Assembly: GCF_001194135.2 (NCBI RefSeq)
Contig: NC_068997.1
Coordinates: 31,577,368-31,637,788, forward strand
Direction of reading: 5' to 3'
DNA length: 60,421 nt
DNA from: Octopus bimaculoides
Lineage: Eukaryota
Part shown: positions 1-60,421 of the stretch, in pieces
Numbering within the stretch: position 1 is the stretch's first letter
How the letters are laid out: every line of letters begins with the position of its first letter
Position numbers and translations under genes: made by a program
Notes under the pieces: model-generated
Told to the model about the DNA's origin: nothing
The model's input: the letters and a program-made list of their open reading frames with translations, nothing else
Databases searched by the model: none

Positions 1-1976
1 TATATATATCTGTATGTGTATATGTTTGTGTCTGTGTTTGTCCCCCCGACATCACTTGGCAACCGATGCTGGTGTGTTTACGTCCCCGGAACTTAGTGGT
101 TCGGCAAAAGAAGCCGATAGAATAAGTAGTATGCATGCAAAAAAAAGCCCTGGGGTCGATTTGCTTGACTAAAGGCAGTGCTCCAGTATGGCCACAGTCT
201 AATGACTAAAGCAAGTAAAAATAAAGGATAAGCACATATATATACACACACACATATTTACATATTCTCGCACAAACACACAGCAGACATACACATACAT
301 CTGTGCTTTCATATTTCCATATATTTGCTATCATATAAACGCCAACGTAAAAACAATATATCTTACAGTATTTATATATATTGGACAGTTATAGATTGCC
401 ATGTCATATAAATGTGATGAGATATTTGATTCAGTCTTCAGTTTAATATTCAAAACAGCCAATGGGATATGATGTCCTTGAAAGCTGGAATAATTAAAAA
501 AAAAAGAGAAAGAAAAAGGATATTTTTGTAGAATTTTGAAATTACAGTAATATTATAATTTCACAATTAATTGTGTTTTTATGAGAGTTAAAATAATGTC
601 ATTATGCAATGTTGGACCCTGGTATTCAGGTTTCTTTGACATTTCGTTGAGGTTTATCGGTGGCGCAATGACGAATGATAAAAATATACCATTTTCTTCT
701 TCTTTTTCCCTCTCATCCACTTTTTACTCATCTTTTATTCATGAATGTCATGGAAAACACCAATATCACCAACAACAGCACCATCTTACCACTATCAATG
801 CCATCATCATTATCACCATTATCTTCTCCTCTTCCCCACCATCGACCCCTCATTTTTATCATTTCATATCATCATCATCATTTCCTCTCCATCTCCCTCC
901 TCCTCACCACCACCACCACCACTACCATCATGATCTCCTCCCCCACCTCCACACCCACATTGTCATCACCATCACATTTGTTTACTTAACCAGACAATTT
1001 TCTGTTCTTCTAAAATGCCTGAATTCTGTTCAGAATACTTTTTCCGACTATGCTACATGGCTACATCTACAGATCAACACTAAATGTAATTCTTGTGATG
1101 GTTTCAATATTTGTTTGTTTTTTTTTTTTCTCACTAAATACTTTTTTGTTACAAGCACTGTTAAACACTGACAAACAGAGCAGGATTTTTATTCAATCAT
1201 GGATGTGGGATTTGAACACATTATTGTGGTGACTAAACAAAATATGGATTTCAGATTTTGGCAGCAATTTCAGGAGAAGGGGATGAGTCAATTACATCAA
1301 CCTCAGTGCTCAACTGATACATATTTTATTGGCCCCAGAAGGATAAAAGGCAAACCTCAGCGGAATTTGAACTCAGAACATAAAGACATGAAATGCCACT
1401 AAGCATTCTGCCTGGTTTGCCACCTTATTCAAATTAAATATAAAGGACCTAGAATCCTCTCAACTGTTCTGATAATGAAAATATAACATATTGCAATATC
1501 ACATGTTTATTGGAGAAAAAATCTAGGCACTTTTCTGACTTTGACTACACTTTTCTTTGATATTCCCAAACATCATTTGAAGAGATGCAATCATTAGATG
1601 AAAGTTGTGCTGGATTATTGATTACAAGGTCATGGAGAGTTCAAACTTTACTGTATCCATTGTTTTATGTCTCTGAGCAAACACAGAACTCTGCTTACCA
1701 AGTTCTTCCTCTTACTGAAGAAGATTGGTTTACAAGAGCTCTGTGCTGTGCTGGTGCCACATAAAAGCACCCATATCGATGTCATATAAAAGCACCTGTG
1801 CTGGTGTGACATGAAAAGTAGCCAGCACACCCTGTAGAGGGGTTTGCATTAGGAAGGGCATTAGAAACCAAGCCAATCAGACTGGAACCTGGTGCAGCTC
1901 TCCTGCTTACCAGTTCTGGTCAAACTGTCCAACCCATGCCAGCATGGAAAACAGGTATATGATGATGATGATGATG

Positions 1977-2012
<36 letters not shown>

Positions 2013-3021
2013 GGTTCAGGTATTTCTTTATTTGGTAACATCAAAACATTTTACTCCTGTGTATGTAGTAAATCCTTATTTTGTTATATTAGTGAAATAG
2101 AGATTTACTGCACGCACTGAAAAAGTAGGGCGTTCTGATATTACCAGATGAGGAAATACCTGGGTCATAGGAGGGTATGGTAGTACACTACCAGCCCTAC
2201 TACTAACATGGGGACTTGGCCACATTCAATATTATTTTTTTTAAATACATTTATTATGGACTTCCAGTAACGCATGCACAATGATATACAGTAACCTCTT
2301 TTATACTGTCTCCCATCCAAAGTGAAGTGTTCATGACCAGACTACAGTTTACGTGCATACATGAACACAAGTAACCTCTCATTTGAAATTCTACTAGGTA
2401 AACTGTATGTTTGAATATCTCACTAATTCATTTGCTATTATCATTAATAGAGTGCATTTTCATTCTTGTGTCTTTAATACTAACAATATTTTGTTTTAAG
2501 CCTGTTTTTTTTTTCCGGTTAATAGTCTTCATTTATTCATCATTGATTTTTAATATTAAATGCATGTTCTGTTCGCAGCTGCTTTGCAATATTTCATTTT
2601 ATATAAGGTGGCAAGCTGACAGAACCATTAGTATGCTGGATATTTAGCAGCATGTTCTAATTCTGCCAAGATCAACTTTACCTGTTATCCTTTTGAGATC
2701 AATAAAATAAGTGCCAGTTGAACATTGAGGTTGATTAATTGACTCTGCCCCTCCTCCAAACCTGTGGCCTTGTGCAAGAATTTGAAAACAATATTTAATT
2801 TTATAGCTGTCAGCTTTAAATTTTACATTTTCAATTATTGCATGCTTTGGTGTTCTACTAGAAATTAATATTTCATTGCTTTAACAACAGTAAATATACT
2901 TTTAGCATTTTTCTTTTCAATATAAGTAATACTTAGATTACACTGATATTAAATATCTACATATTGACTTGCTTTGCTTCACTTTCATTTTATATGTATC
3001 AATATTTAATTATATCTTTGC

Positions 3022-3068
<47 letters not shown>

Positions 3069-3659
3069 AACAATACACTTCTGCCATTTCGTTTGCAACA
3101 AAAAGGTGATAATAATGTAAATGAGATGGGCTTAATTTTTCACTACACATAAACATTGTTAGGATAATAGTATAATTATATTGTATTTAGTAACAAATAC
3201 AATCTATATTAAAAATGGATTGAAGTGTGTGTTGTGCATGTATGCTTGTGTGTGTGTGTGTGTGTGTGTGTGTCTGTATATATATATATATATATATATA
3301 AATTTACTGGCAGTATTTTGAGAGTAATTTTTTATTGCTTTATAAATGCATATTCTTTTGACATAACTGCATTTCATCCTTTACCTCTATTTTACATTTT
3401 CCAATGTTGATGCTTGAGCTTCCTTCATGTTGCATGTCTTGTCAGTGTTTTTCTCACATGCATACCACATGTATGCTTATGCTTATACACTACAGGAATA
3501 TATGATGCGATGATATCAAATCAAGGTAGAACATGTTATCTTAAAAGTAATGTGTTCACACTATTACTACTACTACTACTTGCACACACACACACACACA
3601 CACACATACAAACACACACACACAAAACAAACACAGTGGTTGCTTTCTTATATATGAAG

Positions 3660-4115
3660 AAAGCCATTATGAGAAAGAATCATTGAAATGAGTCATTGAT
3701 AATGCAATGTGAGGCCCTTATATGATTCTTGAGCCCTGCCAAAGATTTGCACATTGTATTGTATAATGCACAGTTATGCTGGCTGATGGAAGGAACAGGT
3801 GCCACAGTATGAAGTCTTTTGACATGTCTTTTTAATCCTCCAACTGAACGGCACATCTTTCCACAGATCGCACATGTTCTGTATGGAACAAAAGCCATAT
3901 CAAAATTTACATGAGGTTGATTCTTGTGACTTTTTTGATGACTGACCAGGCCTGCATGACTCAAGCATTTCCTCATACAAATTACACATGTACAAACCAA
4001 CATTCCTTCGTTTTCTATTGCTTCATTCTTTCTAAGCTTTTTTGTGATCTTCTCATGCTTCATTCTCTCTCTTTCAAACTTCGAACAACCACTGTGCACT
4101 CTTTTCTCCATTCAT
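3660..4115 (-). mobile_element. RTE-like LINE ORF2 C-terminus with three C2H2 zinc fingers (ORF 3680..4111)
   Basis: VHSGCSKFERERMKHE...RK pattern typical of RTE ORF2 ends, followed by CVIC..H..H, CAIC..H..H and a degenerate CALY..H..H. Confidence 0.75.
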
Positions 4116-4185
4116 TCATCTATCTATCTATCTATCTATCTATCTCTGTATGTATGTATGCATGCATAAACATTTGTCAACTTAC

Positions 4186-57789
<53,604 letters not shown>

Positions 57790-58271
57790 CTAGGGAATAT
57801 ATCAAGGTTAAGATTAATTCTATTTCAGAATATACTTTTAGCTTGGCTCTAGAACTATCTGTGGGGTTATAACCCTTAGAGAAAAACATGCGAATTATGA
57901 CAACTGAAAGATTATGATTTCAGCTTAATAGAGTCATATTCAGTTTTTGTACAGCTAGAACTATATAAGCTCACATAGTTTGAGTATATATTATAGTTTA
58001 GAGATGTCATTTACATGATAAACAATAAGGGAAATGTTTGTTAACATTTCTAATGCATAAAACATAAAAAATCTGAAGTAGCATAAAATATGCAGTAAAA
58101 AAAACAAAAAACACTGGTTAATTAATTACAAATTTTTCTCTTCTTTTATTATGCAGGAAACAACTCTAGATGGTGTATAAATCATGAGTAGCAAATGTAA
58201 TGAATTCTAAATTAGAAATACCATCAGACAAGTAACCATAAACAAAAACTCTTTGCTAATGCTCCTTCTGC

Positions 58272-58304
<33 letters not shown>

Positions 58305-58999
58305 ACAGCTGGAAATGTCATACCCAAGATAGTCAAGTTTCCATTGAAGCTACAGAATGAAACATTGGGAACTCAAGAATAAAGGAAGCCATCTTAATTA
58401 GCAAGACCAACCCACAAATCAACAACAGAACCAAAGTGCATGTAACAGATTGACTACTATAACAATACAAAGTAACTCCTCAAATATGCACACTATAAAA
58501 CAGAAAAGTCAGCTCACAATACCATTTTCCCAAGGATTTGCTGATGATGGGGACCCAATGCTGAAAAATTGATATACAAGGTAAAAATACAAACCATTGA
58601 GCTGTATTATGTCTTACAACTTGCATTGTTTTGGCTTTATAAAAACATATACAGGCATTTATATGAAACAATGCTCTATGCAATCTATGCAACTCTAGGC
58701 ATACTTCTACTTTATTTGGGTCTCATTAAGTATTACATAAATTCAGTATAAATTGTTAAATTGTAGTAAATGAATCATCACTACATAAGAATACAGAAGT
58801 ACACATTTGTCAATGTATAAAACTAGAATTTGGTAAAAATGAAGTAATTTTGAGAAGCCATTTACACAATAAACAGTAGGTAAGTAGCTGTCAGCATATT
58901 TAATGGATAAGCCATAAAGATATCAATAAAATATATGGTTCATTAAAACAACAAAAACTATATGGTAGAAAGACTAGAAATATATTTATATAATCTTTA

Positions 59000-59170
59000 C
59001 TCTTTTACTAGTTTCAGTCATTTGACTGCGGCCATGCTGCAGCACCGCATTTAGTCGAGCAAATCGACCCCAGGACTTATTCTTTGTAAGCCTAGTACTT
59101 ATTCTATCAGTCTCAGCATCGGTTGTCAAGCGATGGTGGGGAGACAAACACAGACACACAAACATACATA

Positions 59171-59204
<34 letters not shown>

Positions 59205-59369
59205 TACGACATGCTTTTTCCGGTTTCTGTCTACCAAATCCACTCACAAGGCTTTGGTCGGCCAGAGGCGATAGTAAAAGACACTTGCCCAAAGTGCCAC
59301 ACAATGGGACTGAACCCGGAACCATGTGGTTGGTAAGCAAGCTACTTACCACACAGCCACTCCTGCGCC
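59000..59369 (-). mobile_element. SINE family A copy
   Basis: Reverse complement of the 36699 element; further full or partial copies at 1-225, 8357-8740(-), 10584-10985, 25190-25515, 30135-30540, 30620-30990(-), 46881-47310, 60035-60185. Confidence 0.88.
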
Positions 59370-59448
59370 TATATATATAAAATGTGTTATATTATGTTAA
59401 ATGTAGAGATGTGTTTGTGTGTGCATGTGTGTCTATGATTACACATGC

Positions 59449-59482
<34 letters not shown>

Positions 59483-59879
59483 NNNNNNNNNNNNNNNNNN
59501 NNNNNNNNNNNNNNNNNNNNNNNNNNNNNNNNNNNNNNNNNNNNNNNNNNNNNNNNNNNNNNNNNNNNNNNNNNNNNNNNNNNNNNNNNNNNNNNNNNNN
59601 NNNNNNNNNNNNNNNNNNNNNNNNNNNNNNNNNNNNNNNNNNNNNNNNNNNNNNNNNNNNNNNNNNNNNNNNNNNNNNNNNNNNNNNNNNNNNNNNNNNN
59701 NNNNNNNNNNNNNNNNNNNNNNNNNNNNNNNNNNNNNNNNNNNNNNNNNNNNNNNNNNNNNNNNNNNNNNNNNNNNNNNNNNNNNNNNNNNNNNNNNNNN
59801 NNNNNNNNNNNNNNNNNNNNNNNNNNNNNNNNNNNNNNNNNNNNNNNNNNNNNNNNNNNNNNNNNNNNNNNNNNNNNNN

Positions 59880-59923
<44 letters not shown>

Positions 59924-60421
59924 TATAAGTATGTGCATACATATATATATGTATGCATATACATGCATACATACTTACATATACATATATGTGTGTGTGT
60001 ACGTGTATACATGTCCATATATATATGCATGTATCAGGCATGGCTCTGTGGTAAGAAGTTTGTTTCCTAACGACATGGTTCCAGTTGCAGTCCCACTGCA
60101 TCGCCCCTTGAATAGGTGTCTTCCACTATAGCCTCAAGCTGATTAAAGTCTTGTGAGTGAAACTAGTAGACAGAAACTGAAAGAAACCTACCTTTTATAT
60201 ATCATCATCATCATCATCGTCGTTTAACGTCCGCTTTCCATGCTAGCATGGGTTGGACGATTTGACTGAGGACTGGTGAAACCAGATGGCAACACCAGGC
60301 TCCAATCTAATTTGGCAGAGTTTCTACAGCTGGATGCCTTTCCTAATGCCAACCACTCAGAGAGTGTAGTGGGTGCTTTTACATGTCACCCGCACGAAAA
60401 CGGCCACGCTCGAAATGGTGT

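Noticed and set aside
581-1171. 196-aa His-rich ORF on the plus strand
   Set aside because: Derived from CAT/CAC low-complexity repeats; no splice or homology support.
58520-58560. Short minus-strand exon candidate LGPHHQQILGKM upstream of exon 1
   Set aside because: The phase-0 donor fits, but the sequence is too short and lacks coiled-coil stalk character; cannot be supported.

Overview
AT-rich, microsatellite- and transposon-dense eukaryotic genomic DNA with many assembly gaps. The repeat families look like those of an octopod cephalopod (inference). The only host gene I can support is the 3' part of a very divergent dynein heavy chain (DNHD1-like) on the minus strand. I chained 22 GT-AG exons from 57789 down to 4186 (4250 nt, about 1416 codons), covering the stalk return helix, AAA5, AAA6, the AAA lid and the C-terminal domain. 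All junction phases match, although one junction (10390-exon to 9863-exon) only matches if a weak donor is used. The upstream exons and the terminal exon were not resolved. Introns hold a full-size degenerate mariner, a Tc1 element with long IR/DR ends, a DD37D maT fragment, RTE LINEs (one carrying a solo LTR), a Penelope-like element with an inverted terminal repeat, an R4/Dong fragment, MITEs and many SINE/LINE-tail copies. Most interesting: (1) a 93-nt retroposon 3' tail inserted in frame inside a dynein coding exon, its (GAT)n tail read as poly-Asp; (2) a lineage-specific acidic and Q/H-rich insert of about 170 aa built from extra exons; (3) a decayed duplicate of the AAA5 exon plus a candidate poison micro-exon; (4) a candidate minimal hammerhead ribozyme; (5) an open LINE C-terminus with three C2H2 fingers just behind the last mapped exon.
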